From the human T2T-CHM13v2.0 reference genome, Homo sapiens: DNA of 64,000 nt. Under the pieces are notes generated by a model. That model had not been told where the DNA came from. It searched no databases and saw only the letters and a program-made list of their open reading frames with translations. The stretch lies in assembly GCF_009914755.1 (NCBI RefSeq), contig NC_060941.1; one strand, written 5' to 3'. A program made the translations under genes and the position numbers. Positions 40,970-53,633 of the stretch are shown here, piece after piece; within the stretch, counting starts at the first letter, position 1; each line of letters opens with the position of its first letter.

Positions 40970-41392
40970 TGGAAAAGCAAATGCTTAATGGTAAAACATT
41001 AGAAACTACAATGAAAAAATGATGACCACTAAAATCATTGTTATGCAACATTTTGCTGGAATTTCTTGTAAATGCAATAATACATGAAGAATTTTATATA
41101 TATAATACATAAATATGTATTTTATAAATGAATATATATTTACTTGTATATTTACACATATACATTGTATATGTAAAATATAAACATATGAAGTAAATAT
41201 ATGTCAAAATTTTTTTTGCAAATTCTAAGTCTAGAAATATAAAAAAACTAGTTGATAAACTCATCATTAGTGAAAGAGTTCAGGTAATACATATATAGAA
41301 AATGAGAATAAATCTGTAGATTCTACACATTAATTTGTTAAATTAATGTGTAGAATCAATAGACATTTTTTATTACAGAGGACAAATAACTA
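40970..41392 (+). mobile_element. Old L1M ORF2 fragment (left of HAL1)
   Basis: cttaatggtaaaacattagaa...caacattttgctggaatttcttgtaaatgcaataa. Confidence 0.6.
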
Positions 41393-41468
41393 TACATTTT
41401 AGTAATGGTCCCTCATGAAACTGGAGTTTAAAAAATGTAATGAGGATACCAGCTAATGGCATATGCCC

Positions 41469-41885
41469 TGATATGGTTTAGATATGTGTCCCCACCCAAA
41501 TCTCATGTTGACTTGTAATCCCCAATGTCAAAAGTAGGACCTGGTGGGAGGTGACTGGGTCATGGAGGTGTTGCTCACGAATGGTTTAGTACAATCCTCT
41601 TAGTGCTGGTCTCATGATAGTGAGGGAGTTCTCATCAGATCTGTTTTTTAAAAGTGCCTGTTACCACCCCCAGCACTCTCTTTCTCTCCAGCTGTGTGAG
41701 GTGTCTGCTCCCCCTTTGCCTTCTCCATGATTGTCAGTTTCCCAAGGCCTCCCCAGAAGCTGAGCCAATGACAGCATCATGTTTCTGTACAGCCTGCAGA
41801 ACTGTGAGCCAATGAAACCATTTTTCTTTATCAATTACACACTCTCAGGTATTTCATTATAGGAGTGAAAGAATGGCCTAATACA
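41469..41885 (+). mobile_element. MSTA-like MaLR solo LTR
   Basis: tgatatggtttagat...caaatctcatgttg...ggcctccccagaagc...cctaataca; TSD tgccc/cgctc. Confidence 0.9.
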
Positions 41886-42133
41886 CGCTCACAAGGTAAA
41901 AGACCATGGGAGATATTTTGGAAATAGATAAGCAGATAAGAGACTGGTACCTCACTTATTACCAAACCTGAGAAATGTGATTCTAAGCTGCCAGTGGGGA
42001 AAACATAAGCAAGCTAATGTATACTGTGGGCTTATCAAAGGCTCAGGAACGAGTGGCAGTAGGTACATGAGGATGGTCAAGTAGTGGGTGATTACGGAGC
42101 TTAAAAGAGAGCGAGTGATTGACAGCCTGGCAG

Positions 42134-42438
42134 GGCTGTCAATGGTGGCTCACACCTGTAATCCCAGAACTTTGGGAGGCCGAGGCAGCCACCCTCACTT
42201 GAGGTCAGGAGTTCGAGACCAGCCTGGCCAACATGGTGAAGCCCATCTTTACTAAAAAGTACAAAAATTAGCTGGGCGTGGTGGCGCATGCCTGTAATCC
42301 CAGCTACTCAGGAGGCTGAGGCAGGAGAATCACTTGAACCCAGGAGGTGGAGGTTGCGGTAAGTACAGGAGGTTGCACCATGGCACTCCAGCCCGGGTGA
42401 CAGAGTGGGACTCCATCTCAAAAAAAAAAAAAGAAAAA
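42134..42438 (+). mobile_element. AluS, full length
   Basis: Dimer plus A tail; gaggtcaggagttcgagaccagcctggccaacatgg. Confidence 0.96.
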
Positions 42439-44384
42439 GCCTACGTAGACTCCTAGATTCTGTCCCCAACTTCACCCATGTGAGTGACTGCCCTTTCCTA
42501 TGGTGGTAGCAGAAAATCGGAGGATACTAGGGGGAAGATAACAGCAGGAACCTCCAGGCTCAGTTAAGAGTGCTAGTACTAAAAGAAGGAAATAAATACA
42601 TGTTTATTCACTGACTACTGAGATCCTCAGCCTTCTTTTTTAGTGGCTCTTGGAAGGCTAAGAATCCATTTGTGCCCTTTAGTCAGGAGATCTTAAACAC
42701 CTTTTCTGGTTAATGTGACCAGTCCAGGATAAATGACTAAATACTATAACACTGTATTTGTGTGTGGGGGGGCAGGAGGCAACCAAAGTATATGGTTCAG
42801 TGAGATCATTCTACTGTGCAACAGGTTCTGCTACTTTACACAGTGTTTCTAATTAACTTTTTAGTTCTTCTTTCTGAATTATGAGAAAACATGAAAGATC
42901 AAGGCCAACACAATAGACATTAATGAAACCTGGAAAAAACAGACAATTCCAAGAGATATTAAAAAAAATTAAAAACAGGAGAAAAATAAGATATGTAAAG
43001 GACAAAATAGAGGTTTAGGAAATGAAAACTACAATTTCAGTAAAGCAGAATTTAAAAGAAGTATTGACAAATGTCAGAGAGATGAAAAATAGAAGAGAAA
43101 AAAGAGAATGTTAAAGGAATTGTCTAAGAAGTACAATGGCAGAGAAGAGTTCCAGAAAAAGACGAAAGAGAAAATGTATAAAGGGACAAAATATGAAGTA
43201 ATTCCAGAATGAAAAGGTTCATGAGGGACTCAGGTTTCCTGATTTGGAGGGCCCACTGAGTGCCCAGCCAAATGGATGAAAGTCAACCCACACCACCCAT
43301 GCTGAGAAATTTCAGAACACATTAGAGAAAAAGAACATCCTAAAACCTTCCAGAGGGAATAAAGCAGGTACATGTAAAGGACCAACAGTCTGAATGGCAA
43401 AGTGTTTCTCAACAAAGACACTGGAAACTGGAAGCTGTTGTGGAGCTGCCTTTACACTTTTGAGTGAAAATAATTTTCATCTTAAAATTCTATACTCAGG
43501 GACATTATCAATGAAATGTGAGGGCAGAATAAAGGCATTTGTAGACATGCAAGGTATACACACAAAAAATTGCCTCCCATGCACTATTTTTAAGGGAGCT
43601 ACTGAAAGATATGCTCTGCCAAAATACAGTAGTGAAGCATGAAAGGGAAGAAATGGAATCTTGTAAACCATGGATCCAACACAAGAGAAAGATTGCCAAC
43701 ATTAGAGAAAGCTCAAGGGAATAACTGAATTGAGGGAGACCCCACTTCAAGTAGGCCTAAAGTGTACACATCTCCATGGAAAACTCCTACAAGATGAATG
43801 TGATAGAACACTTAGTATTTTTTAATGTCTTGAGAGGATTTTGCACCACTGGGAAAGAATATGAAGATGAATTAGAGAGTAGTACATAGAAAGCTATGCC
43901 CTGCCTCCTTTCCCTCCCAAAATTCCACCCAAACAAGTACATAAAAACAAGATAATTACAATGTCAGGGAAAATAAAAAGTTCATAAGGAAAGTTAAACT
44001 ACTCCTCTGCTGTCAATAATATTTACATAAAAATAATGTAAATATTGATTATTGATTAAATAAAAAATAAGATATTGGAAGGATGAGTGGGGAGACTGCA
44101 AAGTAAATCTTGGTTTGTACTTTCTACGGGAGAAAAATCAATAGATAATCCTTAAAAATGAAAGTCAATAAATAGTTATATAAGCAGATTACTTAGAAAT
44201 GTGGGAGTAAATACCGAAAGGATCAGCTCAAAGTGTTGAAGGTGGTTTTGCTCCTGGAAATCAGGAAAGGTAGATGGGGTGTTGATGGTAATGGACTTCT
44301 CTTGGTTGTAAAAGCTTTGTAGAGCTATTTGATGATTTATTATCTGTATGTGTATTAAATTTTGATAAAAATACAAATTTAATA

Positions 44385-45115
44385 ACAGAGACAAATAATT
44401 ATTGAAGAGAAATAACACTTCATAGTAACAACAGAAACAAAAATACCTAGAGATAACCATGAAGAAGAATATGTTGTTGTCATGTGAAGAAAATGGCAAC
44501 ATTTTATGAAAAGAATAAAAATATACAAATTAATGAAGAAATATATCATCTTCCTGGATAGAAAGACTAAATATCTATTTTTAACTTTACTTATAGTTTT
44601 AAGACAGTATCAATTGAAATATTAGAAGTTTGGAGACTTTAGTGAAATGATATTAATTTATGGAAAATATAGGATAATTTTGAAAAAGTAAAATAATGGG
44701 GGAATCTGCCTTTTCAAATATTGAGTTATTCTAAAGTTCAACCAGAGTGAAATTGACACATTAACCAAGAGACAACTCAATGGAAAATAATAAATAACTG
44801 AAAAAAAACAATTGTTTATATAAAAACTTACGTAAGTATTTAAAGCACCAAAAATAATGTTCAGAAGGTTGATGTTTGAAGTATTAGGGTAGATTGTAGG
44901 ACATTTTAGAAAATATGTTCTCAAGGAATTAAAGGGTTTAAAATGTTTAAAACTGAAAATATCTTTGAAAAGATAAGCAATATTTAAATTGATTACATGG
45001 ATAGGATTGATTTTTTTAACAATAAAAGCCAATGGAATGAACTCCAACACAAAGATTATTAGTAGGTTGCACTATATAAAAATAGAAATTTTTGAATGTC
45101 AAAAAAAAAAAAAAC
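44385..45115 (+). mobile_element. Old L1M ORF2 fragment (right of HAL1)
   Basis: aaaatacctagagataacc...ttcctggatagaaagactaaata. Confidence 0.65.
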
Positions 45116-45124
45116 AGACAAAAA

Positions 45125-45775
45125 ACAACTCACCCTGTGCTTGCTCAGTCTATTGGGGCTGACTTTAGGGCATGCAGTTGGGGGCTGGCTACTTTGGTGT
45201 TGACCCCACATCCCCAACCAGTGATGTGCACTTTACTCTGGCTTATAAGACCCCCTATCTAGGCTCACTCCTCCACCCAGAGCTAGGCTTCTCTAGCTCC
45301 CTCAATTAACACACTGAATTTCTTTAAATAGGTTTATTTCTGTTTTTGTTTGTTTGTTTGCCTGTACATCAGCACCAGACTGTCTTTTACTGTAGACAGG
45401 CATGGAGCAGGGACTAGGGGTGGCTATCAGGGGTCTTCCATGAACAGACTTAGCCTTCTCCTTCATTTCCATCATTCACCTCTTCCTCAGGATCCTTCCT
45501 GAAGGTCTCCTGGGCAGAGATTGTCTTCTGCTTAACTTCTCTCTTGCTTTTCTAGGCTGTGGTTTCCTCTAGTTTGTTTCAATTATCAATATGCCTCCAT
45601 CTATTTTTGATATCCAAAAATCTGCTGAAGTCTCTACTCTGCTAATGCTCCCCTTGTGTTCTTTTTGTTCTGATTTTATTCCCCCTTTTACTTCTGTATC
45701 ATCATTTTAATGGGAACTCACAAGAGAGGGAGAAAAACATTGTGTGCTCAGTCTATCACCTGGAGCCAGTAGTCT
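45125..45775 (-). mobile_element. HAL1-like 5' end
   Basis: cattttaatgggaa...gagggagaaaaacattgtgtgctcagtctatcacctggagccagtagtc resembles a reverse-complemented HAL1 start. Confidence 0.55.
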
Positions 45776-45799
45776 TTTAACCAGTATTGTGCGAATATT

Positions 45800-46480
45800 T
45801 GATTTAATGAAAAACTACTCTATAATATGTAATATAAAATGCCAAATAATAAAATAATCCTAACAAAATTAACATTTCATTAAGATATTTTTGATAAATC
45901 AGTATAAGAAACACTAGTGATTCACTGAACAAAAAGTAAGCTAAAGAAATTCAAATAACCAATAGCTATATGGGAATATTTTTAACTTTGCTAGTAATTA
46001 AATTAATGCAAGTACATGTAACAATAAAGTATTCTTTTTTATGTATTAAATAGACTTTTTAAAATTTTTATATTAATACTACGGTGAGTACTGTGAGGTG
46101 GCCACTCTGTAGACTTCTACTGGGCATGTGTGCTTGAAATGCTTTGAGAAGCACTTTAGCAAAATGTATCAAAGGTACCTAAATTTCTTCTTCAATACCA
46201 CTTCTAGGTATCTATCTTACAAATATAATAAAAAGGGTGGATAAATTATTGCAACATTACTAGTTTAATAAAAAATGGAAACAATACAATCAACAATAAC
46301 AGAATTTTAAAAATAAACCATAAGCTTACATATTAATTATTACATAGCTATTAAAATAATAGTTTAAAGAATATGTACTCTCACAAGAAAATGTGCATAA
46401 GTTAGATTTTTAAAACTTACTCCAGAATTCAAATAATATATACAATTATGGTTTTCACTTTTGGAAAAAAAATGTAGATA
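45800..46480 (+). mobile_element. L1ME-like 3' region
   Basis: caataccacttctaggtatctatctta...aaaaatggaaacaa...cagctattaaaa-like motifs. Confidence 0.6.
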
Positions 46481-47459
46481 AACTTCCCTGTATCAATAAG
46501 ATGGAATTCCCTGCCTTTATGTTTCCTTAGCTTCGTATATTTAGAGCTGGTTACATTTTTCATCATAGCATGTTTAGCTTGGTTGACCATGAGGTATTTG
46601 ATAGAAGGGATACATTACATTATTCTTTATATTTGTGATTTTCATCAAGGGGCCTGGCGCATAATAGATGTTCCATAAATATTTGTTGAATTGTTAAATG
46701 AAGGGAAAAATGATTGATTGAATCAACGAATAAAAGTGAATGAATACTATACCTCTAGACATGGGGAGTTGGTCCTGGTGGGTTGTTTACTGCAGGTAGA
46801 ATACAGAGGTGAAAAGAAATAGAAATGGAAGAAATACAGGTAAAGTTATTTCTTTGGCCAGAGGAGCAATGCAGTAATATTCAATTAAACAGGGTTATAC
46901 AAAGAAATAAAGGGAATGAGACCAAGGAAGGATAATAAAGATTCATCATAGTACTATTGAAAATTCACTGGCTTTTACATCAGAAACATTTGGAGTTAAA
47001 TCTTAGACTCTTCTTGTATTGTCTATGTGATCTTAAACATGCAGTAGAAATAGACATAACAGTTCTTTCTCAGTGGAGATGAAATGAGATAATACGAAAG
47101 TTTCTTGGTACTTGGTAGGCCAATAATGAGATAAAGTAAAAAAAAAATGGACAAACTCAAGGAGAGACAGAAAGATAAAGAAAACTAGTTTTTGATAACA
47201 TGCAACATCAATGCAAAGTATTGGAAGTATAAAGTACTGTCTTAGGGGAGAGTCAGATGTGAAAGCCACTATCTTGAATAATAAGGAAGCATGCATTTTT
47301 ACCACTGGTCATCTTATAATTTTCTTGCTAGCAGTGAATCTAAATTATATTAGCAAATAGGTAAAAATAACCTTAACAATGTGCCAAGTCTATTAAAAAA
47401 TATTTTAATACCAGGTCCAATTGAGTGTCACAGTATTTACATGACTTATATCCCATTAG

Positions 47460-47789
<330 letters not shown>

Positions 47790-47944
47790 TTTTTTATTGA
47801 TGAGCGTAGGGAAACAGCATTTTTTCATTGGTGTGAGAGGCGGTGGAATAGAGAGGTTCACAATAGTTTTGTTTTCAAGACCCAGCCAAGTGTTAAAGAA
47901 TATATTTTGGGTTCACCCACATTTTTGTCCATTAGATAATTTGG

Positions 47945-48170
47945 TTGAGCCTGGACTTTGAAGATAGATGGACCTGGGTTCAAATCTCAGTTTTAATACC
48001 TACAAGCTCGGTGATCTTGGAACTAACTGTTAATTAAACTGTGGGAGTCCATTGTTCTCATTTGGAAAGGAAATTAATGGAGTGATTTTCTAGGGTATTG
48101 TAACAGTTAATAATAATATATGCAATGTGCCTAATACATTTTTTGGCTTTAGTGAGAATTCAAAATTTCA
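47945..48170 (+). mobile_element. MIR SINE
   Basis: ggactttgaag...gacctgggttcaaatctcag...gtgatcttgg. Confidence 0.7.
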
Positions 48171-49849
48171 AAAATTCTTTGAAAGTTGGAGTGGCTAACA
48201 GGCACTTGAACAGAAATTGCTTAAAAATGCTTATCCCTATACCATTGCAATTGATGCGTTTCTTAGATTCTGATATAGATTTTTCTAGGCAAGCCTGCAA
48301 GGGATTTTTGTCTACTCCCTCGGGGTTTTATGATGACTGTTTTGCTTGTTCTCTATTTGTGCCAGAAATGGTCAGGAAATATTTCACCAGTGTAGAAAGA
48401 TGCGCCTCTAATTCTGACAACCAGCAATTCTCTTCTTGCAGCACATCTTTTGGACATAAAAGTGAAGAGTTAGAGAAGTACATATACCTCATTCATCACA
48501 GCTTCAGAGAAGCAGATGCTATCATTCTAGAATCAAAAATGAGCCTTCGACTTGAGGAGAAAGAGAGAATCAATTATACTGGTGGCATTAAAGCATCATA
48601 ACAAAGAAACAGAGAAACTCAGAATGAGATCTTATATTTTCTTTAAGTTAAAGAAGTCAAGCTTCCATTCTTTATCCTTGGAAAGAACATCAATGAGATT
48701 GATTAAGAAAAGCCAGTTGAATGTTAAAATTATACAGCATTTTTGCAGCTCAGCTGTAATTCATGCACACAGTGGGCGATTACCTAGGCATTGTTCTACA
48801 GAAGAAAAAATACATTAATTGCTTCTTCCCTTCCCTCCTTCCTAAAAGCCTAATTAGTGATTTATCCTTAAACTTACTGCTATAAGTAGTTTCATTATTA
48901 CTTTTTATTTTCATTTTTTTATTTTTTATTTTTTTCTAGAGAGAGTGAGATACAAATTTAAAGTTCTTATTAGTTATGGCAGCCAGTGATAAATTAGTAT
49001 GACTCATACCAAAACTTTCTCTGGACAGTCTTTGGGGGTTCAGATTTTCCAGAGAGCAAACTAGTTACCTGTGTGGCCCAATATTTATAATAACAAAGAG
49101 GTAATTAGGCTTAAAATTTTTCATCTCAATTTTTATTGTTCTATAGCTGTAGCTGATATATACCCATCAAGGGAAGTTTATTTTTGCCAATACTGGAGAA
49201 AGGCTTGGCACTTTGCTTTGGCATATCTTACGGCAAACCTCTTTTGAAAGATTTTAGAAATTAACCGAACCAACAAGCATCTATTGAGAATCTATATTCA
49301 ATGTACTTTTCAAAGGCTCTGTGCCAGTATGTCATGCTGGTCAAAGACTTCACTCTTTATTATAGCCCCAAGAATTTAAGCTTCTCTGTGGATAGCCCTG
49401 ATCTCAACCACAGAAGAAGCAACAGAAAAATCTGAAGGATCTACCCTCAGGCAGACCCATGCTCAAATGCTGGCACATAAACTTGCTACTGTGTTATGTA
49501 TTATTAGTGGAAAATAGGAAATGTATCAACTCTCTGGCAAGTATGACTTTTAATTAGAGTCTGAATTAAGTGTTCCTCCTTTGTATTCCCTTAGAAACTT
49601 ATAAATTGCTTTATCATATGCACTTATGGCTTTTTAAGTTGTTAATTTACAAGTCTAGCTCCATTAAATCATGAGATCCTTGAGGTTTTGGTTTGTGCCT
49701 TATTCATCTTTGTAACCTGAGCACTTAGTGCAGGGATGTGTACCTCCTAGGCCCTGAAATGCTTTCAAAATTGAATGTCAAATGTAAATCAGGTTACTGG
49801 AATTCAGAACTAGGAAGTATTAGTGCTGGAAATGACTGGTAGTCCATTG

Positions 49850-50374
49850 TTGCTATGCATTTAATACAATAAAATCTTTAAATAGTTTCCGACTGGTGCA
49901 TATTTATGTTTTCTGTTAAATTTTCACCATTATGGATAATACTGCATTGATTACATATGTGTTCATATTTTTGCAAACCTATGTGATCATCTCCTTAAGA
50001 TACTTTTTTTTTTCCCTGGGGCAGTGTCATTTTTAGGTCTGTAGGTTTGCAGTTTAAGATGTTGCTGCATATTGCTATGCTGTCCTCCGGAAAAGTGGCA
50101 CACTGTCATTAGCAGCACAGACTGTCCATTTCTCCCTGTTTTGTAATCAACATTGGATATTTTAAGTCTTTGAAAATACCTTTCCAAACTGATAAACACA
50201 AATTACCACTTTTTTCGGTTTGTATTTTCTGATAGTTAATAGGGTTGCCTAATTTTTCATATATTTATGGGCACTGACATTCCTTCATACATGTATGTCC
50301 TTTACTTAGTTTTCTTTTTAACAATTGTTATGACGCTTTATGTAACATAGTTTGTACGCCTTTACCTAAATGTT
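49850..50374 (-). mobile_element. L1ME-like fragment (host of the ERV block)
   Basis: tttttcatatatttatgggcactgacatttcc; resumes at 53608 with atgtttatctttttcttactgatttg. Confidence 0.6.
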
Positions 50375-50426
50375 TTATGAAAATGAATATTGTATCTGAC
50401 TTGAGGGTATTTCTCCTACCTAGTAC

Positions 50427-51510
50427 TCATTTGGCTCTGATGACTGGAGGAACACCAGGGTCCTTGGTCTCCTGCTGGTTTGAATAAAACAACACAAGAC
50501 ACATGTGGAGTGATTTTAAGGAGTGGAGAATTTAATAGGCAAGAAAGAAGGAAGAGGCTCACCCTGTACAGAGACAGAGGAAGCGGGGCTCCAAGCTGAA
50601 AGAGGGAATCCCCAGTGTGGCAGAAAACAGCCAGTTATCTGAGGAGACTGGAGGAGGTGGTGTCTGATTTGCACAGGGCCCAGGGGATTGATTTGACCAG
50701 GTATGTCATTCAAGTAGCCCGCAGAAAAACTGGCCTCCCCACCTTAAGGGAGGAGACCACCCCTCATATTGTCTTATGCCCAATTTCTGCCTCCAAAGAA
50801 AGAAGTAAAAACTAAAAGGCAGAAATGAAATCCACAGGCAGACAGCCTGGTGCGGCACCCTGGGCCTGGTTAAAGATCGACCCCTGACCTAACTGGTTAT
50901 GTTACTTATAGATTCCAGACATTGTATGGAAAGCATTGTGAAAATCTCTGTCCTGTTCTGTTCCGTTCTGATTACCGGTGCATGCAGCCCCCAGTCCTAT
51001 ACCCTCTGCTTGCTCAATCAATCACGACCCCCTCACGTGGACCCCCTTAAGAGTTGTAAGCCCCTTAAAAGGGACAGGAATTGCTCACTCAGGGAGCTCT
51101 GTTGTTGGAGACGTGAGTCTTGCCAAAGCTCCCGGCCGAATAAAGTCCTTCCTTCTTTAACTCAGTGTCTGAGGGGTTTTGTCTGCGGCTTGTTCTGCTA
51201 CAACCCTAGGCTTTGAATATGCAAGTGCAGGACGCCATGATGTTCTACACATGTGGGGATATGTGGTGGCGGCCATGTTGCCAGGCGCACATGTGGGGAC
51301 AAGAAGAAGATGAGGGGAATCGCTATGTTTGGGTGGACCCAGTCTCTAATGGCCAGCATTTGCATATTAAAGCTTGCCAGCGGGGCTTTAAGAGTCAGGG
51401 CTTTTCTGCTAGACAAGAAACATTTCTAGAGCTGCTTTAAAAGAAAAAAAAAATTACAAAAACCCCTTTTCCTATCTGCCTAAAATAATTTATTAATAAC
51501 TCCTATAACA
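50427..51510 (-). mobile_element. LTR9-family (HUERS-P3) solo LTR, interrupted by LTR2
   Basis: ggaggaacaccaggg...ttttaaggagtggagaatttaataggcaag...ctgcctaaaataatt...taactcctataaca; perfect TSD gtac (50423-50426 / 51511-51514). Confidence 0.8.
50745..51202 (+). mobile_element. LTR2 (HERV-E family) solo LTR
   Basis: taagggaggagaccacccctcatattgtcttatgcccaatttctgcctcc...aataaa (51139)...ctgctaca; TSD acct/accc. Confidence 0.92.
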
Positions 51511-53271
51511 GTACTATAAAACAGAAGACATGTAAATCCACCCTTTGAGCAATATTACAATGTTAAGTGGACATGCTAAATGGGAACTAGTAAGATTGCC
51601 TGGCCCACATAGTGTAGAGTGGAAGACGGAGTGCTGGTAAGGACGAATTCTCCACTTGGTAGACCTTTATGGACCATTTACAGGGGCTTAGGTCAAAAGC
51701 CTGTGAGCACCTCACAATGACAAATACTGAGACTTTGGACAAGAGAATTTCTACTTCAGAGGTATTTACTGCCTTGCTATGTGATGTTAACTGAAGCTAC
51801 CCTAATGGAAATGGGGTGCCCAAAAGAGTCCCATGTTAAAATGGAAACAGTTTATAATGGATTTGGCCTCCTGGGGAATGCAAGGAGGAGATACTTATGG
51901 CAGGAAGCCTCTTTTTTCCCTAGGACTGTTTCTGGAACTGTGTGAAGAGCTGCCGGATTCTATAGTGCCCAATAAATAGCTCTCGCCTGACTGGCAAAGA
52001 ATTGAGTGGCTTGTAAATGGCAGTTCCAAGGTGAACAAACTACATTCTGTTTGGAAGACTGCAATTCTGATTGAAGATGAGTCAAGAAAAACTTTTTATT
52101 TTGAGCTATTTATATCTTACAAAAATTAAGTAAAGTATATTTTTGTGAGCAAAATTTACTATTCTCTTTACCTAAGTTCCAAAATTTGGAAACTATTTGT
52201 GAGTCTTCTTATTTTATATCAATACATTTATTTGCATAAGCTCAGCCAGAATATGTTTTCCTTTGTTACGGGACACAAGTGGAGACATTGGTTATTTTAC
52301 CAAGGCTTTCACTGAAATGACATATTTTCAGATATGACCAGATTTTGTGGAGAAATTGAGGTTGACTTTATACAGCTGATAAAAAGCCCCTTGGAAAGAC
52401 TGGCCTGTTACATTGTCTCAATGGTTCCCTTCAAGATTTCTGACGTGTATGTTAAGTAAAGATTATCACTTTCTAACAGGCCCTGGAGCTTCAAGATATT
52501 TGGGGACATTGAGAAGAGGGGAATTTGTACGGGTGTTATAAGCACAGTCTAATGGTGGATACTTGGGTTGGCTTCTGGCCTCAAGACTTTTAAAAGTCAA
52601 ATCTCAAATTCCTTCTAAAAGTTCTAATAAAGCCACCTTAAAAGGAGCCTATATGGCTGACTACTATTCTTGCTATACCTGATGCAAATTATAATGATAC
52701 TAAAATTTATTTTGCAAATAAATTGGTCCTACTATGATTTATTCTTGGTAGAAATGGGGAACCTGAAGGGAGAAAAATTTAGAATCTAGCTCTGCCCATT
52801 GTTTTGAGTTTTGATTATTTGCCCACAATTTGGGCTAACCCTGAATTATTGCTTGGCTACAGGTAGTCTCTAAAAAAGAAACAGGTTTTAATTTTCTTCA
52901 TGATAATTTCAGTTGGTTCCTTAATGGAATAGGTTCTTTGTTGTTGTTGTTCTGGCATACAAATTTTCTTTTGATTGTAATCGTTGTGTACATTATTTTT
53001 CTGCTATTCAAATTGTTCATGTTATGTGACTCTCATTGTTTTACTTCTGTGAAAACCAAAGTCATGATATTGTGAAGACTAGAGATGATTCAACAGCCTG
53101 TAAATCTACTGCATTTGGAATTTCACTGGCCTGATTGGTTTTCCATTGCCAGTGCACTGCTGCTTAACCTCTACCATATCAAGCACCCTTCCTAAAGGCT
53201 CAGGGACCATCACAGAAGAGGAGGGCATGTGAGATTGAAAGAACCAAATTGGAGTGTGGGTGGAGGTGGAG

Positions 53272-53600
53272 CGTAGAAGCCAAAGGGACTCCAACTTGGA
53301 TGCTAACCCAACAGATTGTCTTTGGATTAACCCTAGCTCTGGGAATACCTCTAAGATTTCCAGATTATCTATTATTCCTTGTGTAAGAGCACATACTTAC
53401 CATAAATCCTGCCCTTAGTGCAAATTCATACCCATTCCCTCTGAAGCCCCTGTACCCCTCCTGTACAGTCTATATCTGTGGTCTGAGGGGGTAATGGTGT
53501 GAAGATCCACCATCTTGTCTTGCTGCTGATCAAGACACAGACATGGCTTCTATTCCTAAGTCCCCAGTAAATGTTTCTTTCTAAGGAAAAAAAATAAAAT
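53272..53600 (+). mobile_element. MER34/MER39-like LTR, cut after its poly(A) signal and followed by an A-rich tail
   Basis: gactccaacttggatgctaa...gatccaccatcttgtc...caagacacagacatggcttct...agtaaa(53566)tgtttctttctaagg then A8 T A4 T. Confidence 0.75.
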
Positions 53601-53633
53601 AAATGTTATGTTTATCTTTTTCTTACTGATTTG

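Larger units (their letters stand above)
41393..44384 (+). mobile_element. HAL1 (half-L1, ORF1-only), near full length
   Basis: ORF 43394-43642 resembles the L1 ORF1p C-terminus (LSENNFHLKILYSGTLSMKCEGRIKAFVDMQ); HAL1-like 3' end gctatttga...tgtatt...ttgataaaaata; no ORF2 in between; candidate TSD. Confidence 0.7.
50375..53271 (+). mobile_element. ERV internal sequence (MER34/MER21-int-like, MER4 group), 5'-truncated
   Basis: RNase H-like remnant WLVNGSSKVNKLHSVWKTAIL at about 52007-52070; MER4-group internal motifs (ggttattttaccaaggcttt, aagccccttggaaagactggcctg, ttattttgcaaataaattggtcctactatgattt); G-rich tract before the LTR. Confidence 0.7.

Noticed and set aside
48125-48601. Longest ORF in the track (158 aa)
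   Set aside because: Starts in a MIR tail at a non-ATG codon, has no recognisable domain, and its length is compatible with chance in 64 kb.
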